64,000 nucleotides of DNA from Gnetum montanum (taxonomy: Eukaryota; Plantae; Gnetophyta). Positions within the stretch are counted from its first letter, which is position 1, and every line of letters starts with the position of its first letter. The stretch is taken from contig MNCI01000329.1 in NCBI GenBank assembly GCA_015680685.1, forward strand, positions 1 to 64,000. Reading direction: 5' to 3'. A program made the position numbers and the translations under genes. A model generated the notes under the pieces. That model worked only from the letters and a program-made list of their open reading frames with translations. It was not told where the DNA came from and made no database searches. Below are positions 1-13,420 of this stretch, in pieces.

Positions 1-558
1 GGACACTTGTTGGCGGTCGCGTCCCAAACGGTCGCCAACACATTCTAGCTATGAAATAATTTTTAGGATAATATTTGGGAGTAGAGAAATCTAAGAGTCC
101 AAAGCCATCTTCAAGAGTAGATCACCAAAGATATCAAGCATTAGTTGTAGATAAAATAAGTGAACTAGGAACATTTTGGAGGACTACAAGACATAGATTG
201 CCTAGCCATATGTCAAAATTTCATCACTACATTACAAGAAATAGTGGAACAACTGTAGTTCCATACATTGTATTGTCTAAACCTGTATTTTTTTCACAAA
301 TTAATATAGATTTTGTAGTGTTTTGGCATATGTTCTTTCTTAATATTTTTACAACCTTACTTCAGTGTTGACTTTTCTTGTTATGCACTTCTCCATTTTC
401 ACTATTTTCAATTTAGTAATAGACTTATAAGTCCTTAGTTGATTGATAATACCATTTGAAGCACTCCTAGGTCCTTTTCAAGGCCTATGGATTTGCGAGC
501 TAAATTGTTCCGCACCAAAATTTTTGATCCTCTAGCACCAAATTTTTCTATCATTATA
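1..558 (+). repeat. 3' (U5) part of a Tat-family LTR; start lies outside the window
   Basis: Ends ...TCATTATA (decayed TACA) 5 nt before a PBS. The motif TAAGTCCTTAGTTGATTGATAATACCATTTGAAGCAC (~428-463) matches the U5 motif of the E1 (~24211), E2 (~34448) and E3 (~52717-52752, minus) LTRs. Confidence 0.7.
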
Positions 559-563
559 GATTT

Positions 564-580
564 TGGTGCTAGAAGGAGGG
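564..580 (+). promoter_or_regulatory. Primer binding site, tRNA-Asn(GUU) type
   Basis: TGGTGCTAGAAGGAGGG is the complement of the plant tRNA-Asn 3' end (CCCTCCTTCTAGCGCCA) with one C>T change. Same PBS as E1, E2 and E3. Confidence 0.85.
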
Positions 581-2089
581 CCTGTACCTAACTTCTTTGC
601 TAAATCCTGCTTGGAAATTTTTTTATTAGTGTTGGCCTTAGCCTATGAGCCTATCTTGTGCAATGAATGTATGTTTTGGGTTTTCTCAAAACCTAGCATG
701 TGGCCCTACAATTAATATTATTTGTAGCCACTTAAAAATAGGTTTTATCTTTTTTCAAAATCTAGCGTATGGCCTACAAACTATTTTTTTGACAACTATT
801 TTTACTTTAAATAAACAATATGGATTTGAACATGCATTACATTATTACTTAACCAATAAGAAGATGAAAGTGCATAATCTAATAAAGTTATATAGATTCT
901 TCATGAGCTTGTTTGTAAATAAATAGTTGAAATGACATCATCAATAGCTTTGTAACATGATGATGATGGTAACCTAAAACACAAGATTTTCATTTCCAAG
1001 GATGTGAAGATTATGCTAACAAACAACATATAGGTGGAGACAAGATAGGTTAATAATACTATGAGAACTATCATGAAAAATTTCTATGGTAGAAATAAAG
1101 CACCATCTCAACTTCTATAGTACATAATCTCCAATCTATGCTCATAGTGCTCATTTTATGGGATACAAAGAAGTAATTACTCTCGCATCTTGTGTGATCA
1201 TTAACATTTCATAAATTATAAGGGTTAATGCTCCATAAATTTTTTGTGGACATAGGAACGCCTTACATTTGTAGCCATATGTCAAGTTAGGTATTTAAAA
1301 TGTTTGAAGATATTTCTAAATTTTAATAAAAAAGTATAGAAAAATAGGATAGGAAGGTAACAAGTAGGTCAAAATTACTAGTCTTAGATGCTAGTCTTAG
1401 AGTTACAATGGAAAGCACCCAATCTAGCAACTCAAATTAACAATGTTAAAGTCATTACAAATCTTGAGTCCATAAATCCATCATTGAAAGTAACATCTTT
1501 AAAATAATAAAAATTGCTAAAGTTGCAATTAAAAACATCTACAACTACAAAAAAATGTAATAAAGAGCATTAATAATATCATAAATATATTGTAAAATAA
1601 TCCTTTAGTTATTGAAGAGTTCTTCTTTGATTAAACTACCTTTGTAACATGTTGACTATATATTTGTAAATTTTGTACAATAATTCCCACTCCATTTGGA
1701 TACCTTAAGCAACAAATTTCACTAATTGTATATATTTTTTTGATTGGATATTAAGCTAAACCTTGTGATAAAATAAATGAAGTGTTTTAAGATACTATAG
1801 CATAGTAACATGGTAACTCAAGAATTTAAGGATTCCATATTTGATCAATTCTTATGAAGTATCATACAATCAACATTGATACTAACATCTAATGTTACTT
1901 TTGACACCATCATCATTTTTTGCTTTATATTAACATTAGAAATGATGGACAACATTAATATTAGTGTAAGTTTCTATAATCTTGTTAAATGAATATCCAA
2001 CTAGCATTTATATCATCAATGACCAACATTAAATTAGTGTAATCTCTCAATATGCTTAAATTGATATCCAAATTGACATTTAATGTTAT

Positions 2090-2460
2090 TAAAATTATTG
2101 TTTTTAATATTTATTTGAAATCAACATTATTTTCTACATTGGCACTAAAAATGAGGTCAATTTATCACTAATCCTAAGTGATGCCATCTTAACTATAAAT
2201 AAGAGTACAAATATTTCATTCTTACATGTTGCACATTAAACCAATGTCAAATCACATTTTAGTTAAGCACTCTACGTACTTCTATTATATTGCATAATAT
2301 TAATTTTAAAATTTTTAATTTCTTATATCTTATCATTGAAACTTGAGAGATTAAAAAATGGAGGCAAATATTTCTTGGCCAAGATGATAGGCAACATTGG
2401 TTTTAGACTTGTAGTTTTGCATCATATCCAACTTTAACATCATGTTTATAATGCATGTTT
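2090..2460. repeat. Dispersed direct repeat, copy 1 of 3
   Basis: Shares TTTCTACATTGG...CATCTTAACTATA...TTACATGTTGCACATTAAACCAAT...AAGCACT...ACTTCTATT with ~5300-5575 and ~6505-6900. Confidence 0.8.
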
Positions 2461-5299
2461 AAAGTTCATTTTAGTAGTCTCTACAAAAATCAATATTTTC
2501 ACTCATTTAAAATTCTAAACACTTATAACATAGAAATACATTCAATATTAACATCTCACATGTCACACATGGTATCATCTATCAAATCATTGTATTTGAT
2601 TTATTTTCTACCCATGTGCAAAGGCCATATGCCAATTGTTGTTACATAAACAAACTCATGTAATAACATGCTATACCTTCCTAGCAAGTCAAAGGCATGT
2701 AACTCTTGATATATCTAAATGTTATACTGATATATACATGACCACACAAGTATCTTGAATATAGTCTCTATCATACACCAATCCATAATAAATGGCTTTA
2801 ATATTCATACACTCTTATAATGAGCAATTACACACCAAAAGTGCAAACTGGATTAAATATTAAAGTGTACCATGTTGATATTAAATTCTATTATTGACAT
2901 CCCTTGAAGTTCATGTTGTAGGAAACTTCAACTAAAAGGATTACCTCAATAAACTCTAACATATATAATTTAAGTGAAGTGAATGTTTCCCAATAATGAT
3001 TATTACTAATAAGGAATGATTCATTAAATGTGTAAGAAAATGAAATTGCAAAAACAATGATACAAGTTGATAATTTAGATGATTACAAAAATAGTTGAAA
3101 ACATGACTATCAAGTTTTTGAATCACCATAAATCTTTGTATGATGATGTTTAAGTATTGCATACTGAAGTGGTACATGCTTGGACCATTCCCAATTTAAA
3201 TGTCTACAAATACTACTCCAAAGTATTGGAATCATTATAAGCTTTAGATGATCAGACATTAACATGTACTACTAGTATTGTATGCACTTGTATGGTACCT
3301 AGTCCACATAGATGCCTATGTTAATTTAAAATGTTTTGACCAAAGCCATTAGTCAATGATCATTAATGAATCCATATCACTTGATTCATAAAAAGTGGTT
3401 ATAAATAATATCCATATCACTTGATTCATGAAAATAAATAATGGAAAATTGAAAGGACTAGTTCAAAAATAGGGAATGAAAAGAAAAGTAATTTGAATAA
3501 AGGAATATGATGAAGGAACATGTTATTGGACATAAGTCGAAGGGACATTATGTTGGTGGATTTGATATGTGTTGGATTAGAAGATTTGAAGAAGTTATAT
3601 TTGATGATGAAACATATCTACGTACTAGAGGCATAGGCAATGCTAATTTATCATCATTGCCCATACTTATGTCTTTGACACTCTAATGATCATTATTGGG
3701 ACTAACTCCTCTTATGGTATTAATATTGGAATGATCCACAAGAAAATTTATAGAAGTTACTTTGCTATTGTTACAAAAATAAGAACTCAACAAGAGCTTT
3801 ACTTTCAATTTTGTTGAAATGGATGGAATGATCAAAATTAGGTAAGAAAGGTTTAAGCTTGTGGTCAAGTTTCTATTCTGTGATATGTTTAAGCTCCAAC
3901 TTAGAGAGGTTGATACTCAACTCATGCTTGGTAAAAGAAATTTTATAATCATGGTTAGACATGTTGTCAATGAATTTTTAATTCTTCCTTAACTACATGA
4001 GTTTCTAGACTTTCATATTTTAAAAGAAATTAAAGAGGTGAAATACCATGATCTTTTGTTAAAAAGATATGTTATGCAAGTTTAATGAAAGTGATATTTT
4101 TAGTGTAACCTAGGCTTTCTTGAGAACTTTTCTTAGGTACTTAGACATAAATTTATTAAATAAAAGAAGAAGAAATAATGCTAAAATAAAAATGTTGTTA
4201 AACTATTAAAATGATAATAAAGAATAACAATAACAATGGTATCACTTGTTAGTAATGGTTGACATTAGGAAAAATACAAGTAATATAAGTGATGTTAACA
4301 TTATCGTAAGGTCTAAAATGATGCTAACACTAAAATAATAAACAAAAAAAATGTAATAAAAATAATGGTAAGAAGAGATAACAAAGAAAGAAAAGGAATA
4401 GAAATCAAGAAGGTGAATTGTATGCTAGAAAAGAAACCATAATAAAGCAAGCATAAAGATTAAGCACTTAAGAATTGAGATGCACTTCCTCTAGCACTAA
4501 AAAAATTACAGTGAAATTATTCTTTGAATATCTTGCACAATTACACTTTCATTCATCAGAGAGATATACCTAAGTCATTATCATAAATGATCAAAAGCCT
4601 ACTCTACAACTGATTGGAAATGATAATAATTCAAAAAATAAATTCTTCAAATCAAATATGAACTTATTATATCATGTGATGCATAATGATTTGAGTCATG
4701 AAATCTATAAAATATGATGATGATGAGAATGAAAATAAATATAGTCATAGAAATTTTAATGCTAATGTGATTAACAGTAAGAAAAAGATAAAAGAAAAAT
4801 AGTAAAAGATAGAAGCATAAAGGAAGGGAATGGGATCAACTTATTTTGTTATCTAGGTAGAAGAAAACATTAAAAATATTTTCTCTAACGAAAGAAGGAA
4901 GATATAAAATGTTGATTACAGAGTTATTGGTAGAGGAAAAGAAAAAGAGAAAGATTTAAATTCTATTGGTAAAAGTTATAAAGTATACTTTTAGAATGCT
5001 GATGATGAAGTTGGTTGAAGAAGAAAAGTATTAATTAATGTTGAAAAAGGTGAATTGTTAAGTGAAATTAATGTCATTAAGTTAGTAATGATAATGATAA
5101 TTCAAACTTTTGAAGTTATAGTTGTAAATGGATAACTTGCAGAGTGACTAACTAGCTAAAGAAGATTGACTTTAAAATGCAACTGCTAACACACAAAAGT
5201 AATAAAATATCCTTATGGGATAAGAAGATGATATTGATAGTGATGGTGACATTGATGTTGAGCTGTCACTTAGATCATCAACTTTGAATAAAAACAAAA

Positions 5300-5575
5300 T
5301 AGAAGTTACTGAAATAGAAAAAAAATGTAATGGAATAATTTCCATCATTATTTTTAGGATTTTTTTGAAGTTAATTCCATTTCTATGTTGGCATTGAAAG
5401 AAAGACCAAATTATTAATAATCCAATTTAACATCATCTCAACTATAAGTAGGGGTGCCAATATGTTATTCTTACATGTTGGCACATTAAACCAATATTAC
5501 ATTGTACTTTCATTAAGCACTTTAAGAACTTCTATTTCATTGTACAATGTCAATTTTAGACTTATTAATAATTAA
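5300..5575. repeat. Dispersed direct repeat, copy 2 of 3
   Basis: Colinear with 2090-2330 and 6505-6765. Confidence 0.8.
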
Positions 5576-5580
5576 GCCCT

Positions 5581-5730
5581 GTTTCAATCCCTTGCAGAAT
5601 AGGTGTAATGTATAAACATAAAAATGATATAAATCACTCTTTCATGTTACAATCCTTTATGGAATAGGTGTAATGTGGAAATCAAACATACATGAAAAAT
5701 ATGTTTAATCCCTTATGGGATAGGTGCAAC
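5581..5730. repeat. Three degenerate ~29-bp repeats (AATCCCTTATGGRATAGGTGTAA-like)
   Basis: Units start at 5581, 5646 and 5703. Confidence 0.7.
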
Positions 5731-6222
5731 ACTAACACACAAAAGTAATAAAATATCCTTAGTCACACTTTTGATGGCCCAACACCATTCCATATAGGTA
5801 TGACCCTTTTAGGCAATATGGAATCATCGCAAAGCTCCATAAAACTATGCTAATCTATCTAAATAAATTAAATTAATTATAATTTTTAAATTTAATAAAT
5901 AGATTCACTAATAGGATGTTCCCATTAAAGTTGAATAGAATAAAGATTGAAAAATTTAATGAAATTAAAATAAAATTTATTCATTTCACAAACACTTGAT
6001 TCTACATCAACCAAATGGTTCTAAACTACCAAAGCATGAAAATACTCTAACAAAGTCTCCCTATATGTTAAACTGATGACTTAAAAATGACAATGAAAAT
6101 AAATTACACAGTTACCCAAGCAAGGAGTAGAAGCTCTTACATAAAGAAAATTGGAAAAATGAAAGCTCCTTTTGAGTTTTTCCCCTTGGATATTAATATT
6201 TTTTAGGTTTGTAATGAAAGTG

Positions 6223-6385
6223 GTGAGGTGATGCACCTAAGGAAATGTACCTCATGAGGTAGTGCATTAGGTAATGTGGCATACTATTTGAGGTAGTACA
6301 CCTGGTGAGGTAGTGTACCATGTGAGGCAAAGAACTAAGCAAGGGAGTACTCTATATGATGTAGTACCAATGATGTATCACCACT
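6223..6385. repeat. Degenerate minisatellite, ~17-bp unit TGAGGTAGTGCACC
   Basis: GAGGTGATGCACC, GAGGTAGTGCATT, GAGGTAGTACACC, GAGGTAGTGTACC and further decayed units. Confidence 0.7.
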
Positions 6386-6504
6386 CATCAAAAAAAGCCT
6401 AAACTATAAGTTTGAATGCACATAAATGACTTTATCCATTAAAGCTTATAATCAAATTCAAAATTTCCACTAGGTGCCTCATTAATAAACAAAATAAAAG
6501 TTAT

Positions 6505-6900
6505 AAAAATAGAAGAAGATGTAGTGGAATAATTACCATCATTTTCTTTAGCATTTAGTTGAAATTTATTTAGTTTCTACATTGGTATTGAAAGAAAATT
6601 TGAATTAGCGATAATGTAATTTGATGTCATCTTAATTATATGTAGAGGTGTTAATATCTAATTTTTACATGTTTGCACATTAAACCAATGTTAAATTGCA
6701 CTTTAGACAAGCACTTTAGGAACTTCTATTTCATTGAGTAATGTCCATTTTAGACTTATTAATTTTTCTCATATCTAATCTTTGAGACTCAAAAGTTTAA
6801 AAACCAAGGTAGACATTGCTTAACAAGGATGATTGGCAATATTTATTTTAGACTTACATTTCCTACATCACTTACAACATTAATGTCACATCTATAATAC
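6505..6900. repeat. Dispersed direct repeat, copy 3 of 3
   Basis: Colinear with copies 1 and 2. Confidence 0.8.
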
Positions 6901-7469
6901 CTATATTTTTTATATTATGCTTCATACTATTTGATGAATGATAAATTTACTATTTTAGAGGGGCTTCATCATTATAGATTGATCATCTAAGCCTATATTG
7001 TGATATTGCAACTATGAAATCATAGCTTTGATTTTTTATTATAAATACTATTCATTTACTAAGTCTATGGTACTATTTGGTCACTAGTGCAACAAAAATC
7101 TTGTAGTTTATTTTTTTAGTCTAGTGATAGTTAATGGATGCCCATAACATAAATTTGAGTTGATGGTACAACATCTTATTCGAGTGACAATGTATATAGA
7201 TCCAATCCATGATTGATAATAAGATCGAGATTGATTTAAATTCATTGTAATACTTTGAAATAGCATAAAATTTACTTTCAAGGTAATTTATTTTCTATAC
7301 AATTAGTTTAATATTTACTTTTTCCTTGCACATTAAATTCAATAAAAATGACTACCACTAGTTTCTAGTGTAAACACATATTCATTTGTTAATCATAGTA
7401 GCACTATTTCTTTGTTTACCTAATAGCATAGTTCTTGGTAATCCTAATAGTGAGTATAAGAGTTGATGG

Positions 7470-8689
7470 TGTGTACCTTTTGGTGTGTTTTGGTATGCCC
7501 AAAACATTAAGTAAAGTGGATTCAAAAGTTGTTTGCATGACTGTGTGGTTATTATGTTTGTAGGACTTAGTACATGAGAAACCAAGATGAGCTAAAAAGG
7601 AAAATGAACAAAATGTTTAGAGCTCAAAAAAATGGTCTTCAAATGAACATGCAAGAATTTCAAAAAACATGGACAAGAACTAGATACTATATAAGAAACA
7701 TTATCATCATTAAAGAATGCAAACAATCAAGGCTATGGACAAGGAATGATGAATTCAAAAGACAAATAAAGTGGAAGAAGGATGTCTTTGGGAAACAACA
7801 TACGTCTTGGTTGAATTAAAGTAATCTTAGGCAAAGATGTCTTCAAGAAATAGTAGACATATTTCTCTAGGCAAAGATGTCTTCATCAAATGGAGGCTAG
7901 TACCAAAAAGATGTCATTTACAAGATAAAGACAGCTTCCAAAATGGAGACTTTAGAAAAACATCTTTCATAAAACAAAGACATCTTCCTAGAATTTTAGT
8001 AAAATTTAGAGAGATTTCTTAGGCATGAAGAGGATGTCTCCTATGATTATTAATGATCATTGGCTAGTTGTTGCACAAGTTTCAATATGGATTAAAAAAC
8101 ATAGCAACTATAAGAAGACTTGATGTGCATTGGAAAAAGATCAAGCCTTATTGTATTCATTGTATAATCATTTATAATCATTGAATTATCTATTGCTCCT
8201 CATTGTCTTATCATTTTATCATTTTAAAGTGTCTTGTACCTAATTGTATAAGCATCAACAAAATAAGTTGCAATTATCCCTTGTAATTCTTTTTCTTGTT
8301 ATCCTATGGGATTGATGTGATTAAGCTTGTCAAGATCCTATGGGATTGAGTTGTTGGTGCTATGGTACAACACTCTAGTGTGAAGCTTAAGATTGAAAAG
8401 TTTGTGGAAACCTTGAAACAACATTTCCAAGCTTGATGGGACCTTGCAAGGTTGAGTGATTGGTGCTATGGTACAACACTCTGAAGTGGGGCTTGAAGAC
8501 TGTGTAGGCTTTGGATCCTTCAACCACATTTTTTAGAGTAAGAAAGTCTGGAGGTGTGCTTGTGATCTACCCTCTAAGTATGGACTACCCAAGTTGGGGA
8601 ACTACGTTAAACTTGATGTGTGTGCTTTGGTTGTTTAAATTTTAATTTGGGGAACTTATTCACTCCCACTCTAAGTTCAATGATCCACA
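7470..8689 (+). repeat. 5' LTR of SIRE-like element
   Basis: TG...CA ends. Sirevirus-like U5 signature ATTCACTCCCACTCTAAG near the end. Aligns with 18307-19110. Confidence 0.8.
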
Positions 8690-8691
8690 AG

Positions 8692-8705
8692 TGGTATTGA
8701 AGCTT
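8692..8705 (+). promoter_or_regulatory. Decayed tRNA-iMet PBS
   Basis: TGGTATTGAAGCTT versus canonical TGGTATCAGAGC, 2 nt after the LTR end. Confidence 0.65.
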
Positions 8706-8744
8706 GGTACTCTTCTTTGTCATCATCAACCTCAAGACTAAATA

Positions 8745-9904
8745 ATGGAGGGGACATTTTACAAAAAGCCACCTATTTTTGACAAATTTGGCTTCATCTA
8801 TTAGAAAGCCAAAATGCAACAGTTCTTCAAATCCATGAAATTTGAAGTATGGAAGGCAATTCTAGAAGGCTATGATTCATTGATCAATGACACCATTGAC
8901 ATCATCAAGCCTTGCAACAAATGGCCTTAAGAGGAGAAGGATAAGTTCATGTTTGATTCAAATGTAAAAAGTTGTTTATATTGTGCATTAAATAAATATA
9001 AATTTAATAGGGTATTAGGATGTAAAATCTCTAAAGAAATTTGGAAAATTTTAGAAGATACTTATGAAGGAGCCTCTAGTGTTAAGTAATTAGAATTGTT
9101 AGTTTTACAAAGTGAAAATGATAAACTCAAAATGAGCAAAGGTGAGAAAATCTAAGATTATTTTTCTAGAGATAATGCTATTGTTATAGCAATTAGAGGA
9201 ACATGAAAGGATTTGACCAAAAGTGATGTAATTATCAAAATGATTAGAATTCTTCAGCTAGAGTTTAGACCTAACATCACAGCCATGAAAGAAATCAGAG
9301 ATTTCTCAACTCTGAAATTTGAGGAACTTCAAAGTGCTCTTATCACCTATGAAATGAATCTAATAGGAGAAGAAGGGACTCAAGAAAGACCTATTTCTCT
9401 AAAGACTACCTCTAAGGAGAAGGAGGTTAATGAGCATGATAAGAAAAATGAAGATCAGATTGCACTTCTCTCAAGGAGACTACAACAACTACTTACAAGA
9501 AGAAACAAAGGGTTAGCAATAGCAAAGACCTAATTTCTTCAAAGGTACAAAAAGAGGTAGATATTTTTTAAATTCTTATAATTTAGATTTTTCTTCTATA
9601 GAATGTTGGATTTGTGGAGGAAGAGGCAATAAGACCTTTGAATGTCCTAGCGATCCAAGTGATAGCAAGGTACAACAAAGGAATAGATAAAATGATGAAG
9701 AATTGAAAAGACAAACTTTTATATAAGTTGGGATGATGATGAGAAAAGTGAAGAAGAAGCATGCAATTCTTCCAAAGATTCAAATCTCATATGCATGATG
9801 ATTACCAATGAAAATTCCTCACTTTTGTTTGAACAAGATGGTAAGTGTGATAAGAGGTATAGTGAATTCAAAGAAGAAATTTTTCTTTTACATCATTTGA
9901 TTAG
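8745..9904 (+). pseudogene. gag: Copia/SIRE gag (UBN2/Retrotran_gag_2-like), 5' part
   Basis: PPIF... and MKFEVWKAILEGY fragments; ORF 9213-9533 FRPNITAMKEIRDFSTLKFEELQSALITYEM...QIALLSRR. Many stops and frameshifts. Confidence 0.85.
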
Positions 9905-10701
9905 TGATGAGCCACGATATCGCATCCAACCCTACGATATCGCATACATGATATCGTAGCCCACCGTAATTTTTATAAATAAGAGGTGGCTTTCCCTATG
10001 TTGGACACTTAGACTTAGACCCTTAGGCAAACTATAGCAGTTTTACCATTCCAGAGTTAGAATAATTTCCATGTGCCCGTAGTAAGAGTCTTGAAGTGAA
10101 CAGATCTTTATTCAAGCAAGTTGTACCTGAGCACAAATTTGTGTATGATAATAAAGATGAACTTTTCGATAAAGCTTGCTGCATATGGACTAAGCTAAAT
10201 AGTAATTAATTATTGGTAAATGCTTAAATTCTTTTCTAGATAATTAATCTCTCTCAACCCTTGAATCTCCTAGCTAAGTGCACTTAGTACGACCACTTCG
10301 AGCACATGTGTAATGCTTGGTAACCTAGTAACGAGTAGCGTTTGGTAATCCTAGTAGCGTTGCACTGGTTCAGGGTGTGTGCGACAACTAGGAATGGATA
10401 CTAGTGCTAGGAAAACTAGAACTTAGTTAGTGAATAGTTAATGAAAGTTAGTCACTTAGTCTCTTCACCTTCCCCTATTAGCTTAAGACATTAAAAAGAT
10501 AAAAGATATAAAAATCATATACCTCAAGATTACTTAACCATACAACTGTGACAATACAAGTAAGTTTGGGAAGATAGTGATTGATTAACCTTAAGTATTT
10601 CATTAAGGCGCATAAGCACTTAGTCCTTGGAGTTCAACCGAATCATGCACGAGACACTCATATTCATATGGTTGAGTGTAGGGGTACCTTGCCACTCATC
10701 A
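9905..10701 (+). repeat. 5' LTR of Athila-type element A
   Basis: Highly similar to 15393-16181. TATAAATA near 9974. CGATATCG palindromes at the start. Confidence 0.95.
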
Positions 10702-10702
10702 T

Positions 10703-10720
10703 TGGCACCGTTGCCAAGGA
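10703..10720 (+). promoter_or_regulatory. PBS, tRNA-Asp type
   Basis: TGGCACCGTTGCCAAGGA versus Athila TGGCGCCGTTGCCGGGGA. Confidence 0.85.
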
Positions 10721-11099
10721 CTTAGTTGTTTGTGCACTACGTAGAAAATAGGAGATCATTCATATCATTGGGATGCTAGAATAAACCCTTAGGGGTAATT
10801 AGGAAAAGATACGATGATGGTAAACAACACACCAAACAAGACAAAAATGTCTTCTTCTTTGCACAAAAGCACTTCACTACCTAAGACTCACACAAGAGAC
10901 AATTGGTGGCACAACACACGTAACCAAGACCCGCTGGTGCCTAAATAGTTCCTTGTGGTATATATTCATCACAATGAGTATGTACCTAATTTTACCTTTA
11001 TTCTCCATCAAGATGAACAACTGCATTGAAGAGACTTGAAGGGTAACATAGTGTTGCCTCAAGATGAAGTAGTCCCCAACCTGCTTCTTCTTACTCTCA

Positions 11100-13420
11100 C
11101 GCTAGTAGGCATGTCATAGTTATATACAGAATACATTGCATGTGATTATGACACATGGGATTACCATCCCACAGAAGTGCAATGTCAAAGGGACTTGTGA
11201 TAGGAGAGATACTATACATCTTTGAAGGGCAAAGAACCCCATAACGCTCCATCCACATGAACCAAAATTGAGGGTGGTGAACCTATTTTAACAGGTCCTT
11301 CACCAATTGATGTTTCCCCTCCTAACGATGGTTAGGAGGTGGTGTATCAGAACCTCCACTCCATGATTCACAACCCTAGTTCTGATCTCCACAAATACAA
11401 AGTGTTCAACGAGGGAACACAAAAACATGATAAGGGTGAGCAGTCTGATCGTAATCACGATTGGGGCCAGTACCATCAAACAGAAGGTGGGAAACATCGT
11501 CATGGCAATGGTTCTTCTTCTTCTTCACCTTCATTATCACATTCACCCTCTCCTTCAATATCAGCACATAGTCATATAGAGCCTAGGATCATGGTAAATA
11601 GAGTGAGAAACCTTGATGAGAGAATCGAGAATGAGAAAAAGGGCACTCTAGAGAATCATGGCATGGAAGAAGGGAGAGTAGGAAACCACGTAGACATCAC
11701 AGATGCCATGAATGAAATGGCCATGAAGAACTCCTACTTGCAACCCAAAGCATGTTAGATATCACAGAGGGACATGGATAATGCATGTAACAAGGATAAG
11801 GGTAAAATTGCCATCACCGAGGAGGTTGTGGATTTTGATATGGACAATGACGGTGGATGTGAGATATGCCAATATGACCATCCTAAGGGATGCTGCCTAG
11901 TAATCTCGCATCTATAAGAGTCTGGGGTGTATGCACTCAACCCATGACTTAACAAATGGCAAGCACCCTGATGGTTACCTTATCCCCAAGTTAACCCGAG
12001 GAAGTTCCACCAACCTTTAATGTATTATCCAAGTGGAACTCCACCACAACCTATTGAGTAGCATTAGTAGTGGCAATACCCATAGTCATGGGGGATGCCT
12101 CCACCAAGGCAAAAATACCCTTACTGAAAACTGGATCCATATGGCTACTACGTGCAATAGCCAATCTCTCCATGTGACTCTATTGGTCACGTGACCTCAC
12201 AACGTTACTACCAAGATCAGGAGTATTATAGGACTCCTTCTCCTAGGGGAGATACAACACATACATACAATCCTCCAAACCCATGCACAACTCTCACACT
12301 GATAGCTCAATTACCATCCACTCTAGTAATGCAAGGGGAACTCCCCACTCAACCATAGCAACATAATGCAACGATAGCTGTAAACCTTCAACCTGCTACT
12401 AGTTCTGACAACTACACAAAGAGAAGACCTTTCTTCAGAACGAACAGTCCAACCAAGCTCTAAGAACCACAAGTAGTTGAGCCTTTGAATATTTCTCTGT
12501 CAAATAAGGCTTCAGAGCTCCCTTCAAACCAAAAATAGAGCTCAACACACACGGTTATGTTAACACATGTCATCACTAACTAGATTAAGGAGGGCCACAT
12601 TCCCAAGAAATTCTCTGATCCTGGAAGCCCTTTAATCTATCTCCATGTAACTAGTAATGAACCATCTAAAGCTCTTTTGGACTCAGGTTCTGAAGTCAAC
12701 TTAAGATCACAAGAGATGTATAAAGCTTGGAACCTACCTCCACTAAGAAAGAGCAATATTCACTTAAAGTTGGTTGACCAGTCCATCATAGTTCCCTTGG
12801 GACTGGTGGAGGACATCATTGCTACTATGTGTGGGTGGTCATACCTAGCTGATTTCCTAGTGATACAAGTAAACAATGAAAAAGGGGACTTTCCAATAAT
12901 AATGGGAAGGGCATGACTAAGTACCATAAACACATGCCTAGGAATCTACTATCTTTCCCTGGAAATATCTAAGGAAAACACTTTTGGGAAGATTGAGAAG
13001 AAGAAAGTCCCATGCATCACATACAATGATACATGGTGTGATTGTGTACAGGAATGTTCAAAATTGCTTGTGTGCAACCGGTGTGCCCAAGAAATTAACA
13101 TACAAAAGTGCCTGTATGTAGCAACGACACAACAAGAAAACACCCAGTGATTGATAGCTGATCAAGAGAGTAACTCACCAACATGCATGGACCTAACTAG
13201 GAGAACAACTTGCATCCACATCAAAAGCATAGATGCACTGAGGCAACCATGTTGCCAACTTCCAACCCTTAACCTGAAAACATCAATAGGGGGAAGCTGG
13301 AAATTCCTAAAAACTTCAAACAAGCGTTCTGATAAAAAATTACTAGTCAATGTGCAACAGACCAAACCTTACCATGGATCTAAAATGGTCAATGCACATA
13401 GCACATCAAAGAAAGGATAA
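11100..13420 (+). pseudogene. Decayed gag-like polyprotein with aspartic protease
   Basis: IPKKFSDPGSP...KALLDSGSEVNL...LKLVDQSIIVPLGLVEDI...DFLVI...PIIMGRA (12600-12916) is a typical Athila/Gypsy protease. The upstream boundary is approximate. Confidence 0.75.

Noticed and set aside
1240-1420. Possible protease relic (FVDIG)
   Set aside because: A single degenerate motif in stop-rich AT DNA is insufficient support.
3150-4090. Degenerate coding region (possible transposase)
   Set aside because: Many stops and no motif I could assign.
5581-5730. CRISPR-like repeats beginning GTTTCAATCCC with ~60-bp period
   Set aside because: Only three poorly identical units, unequal AT-rich spacers, no cas genes, and a plant retrotransposon context.
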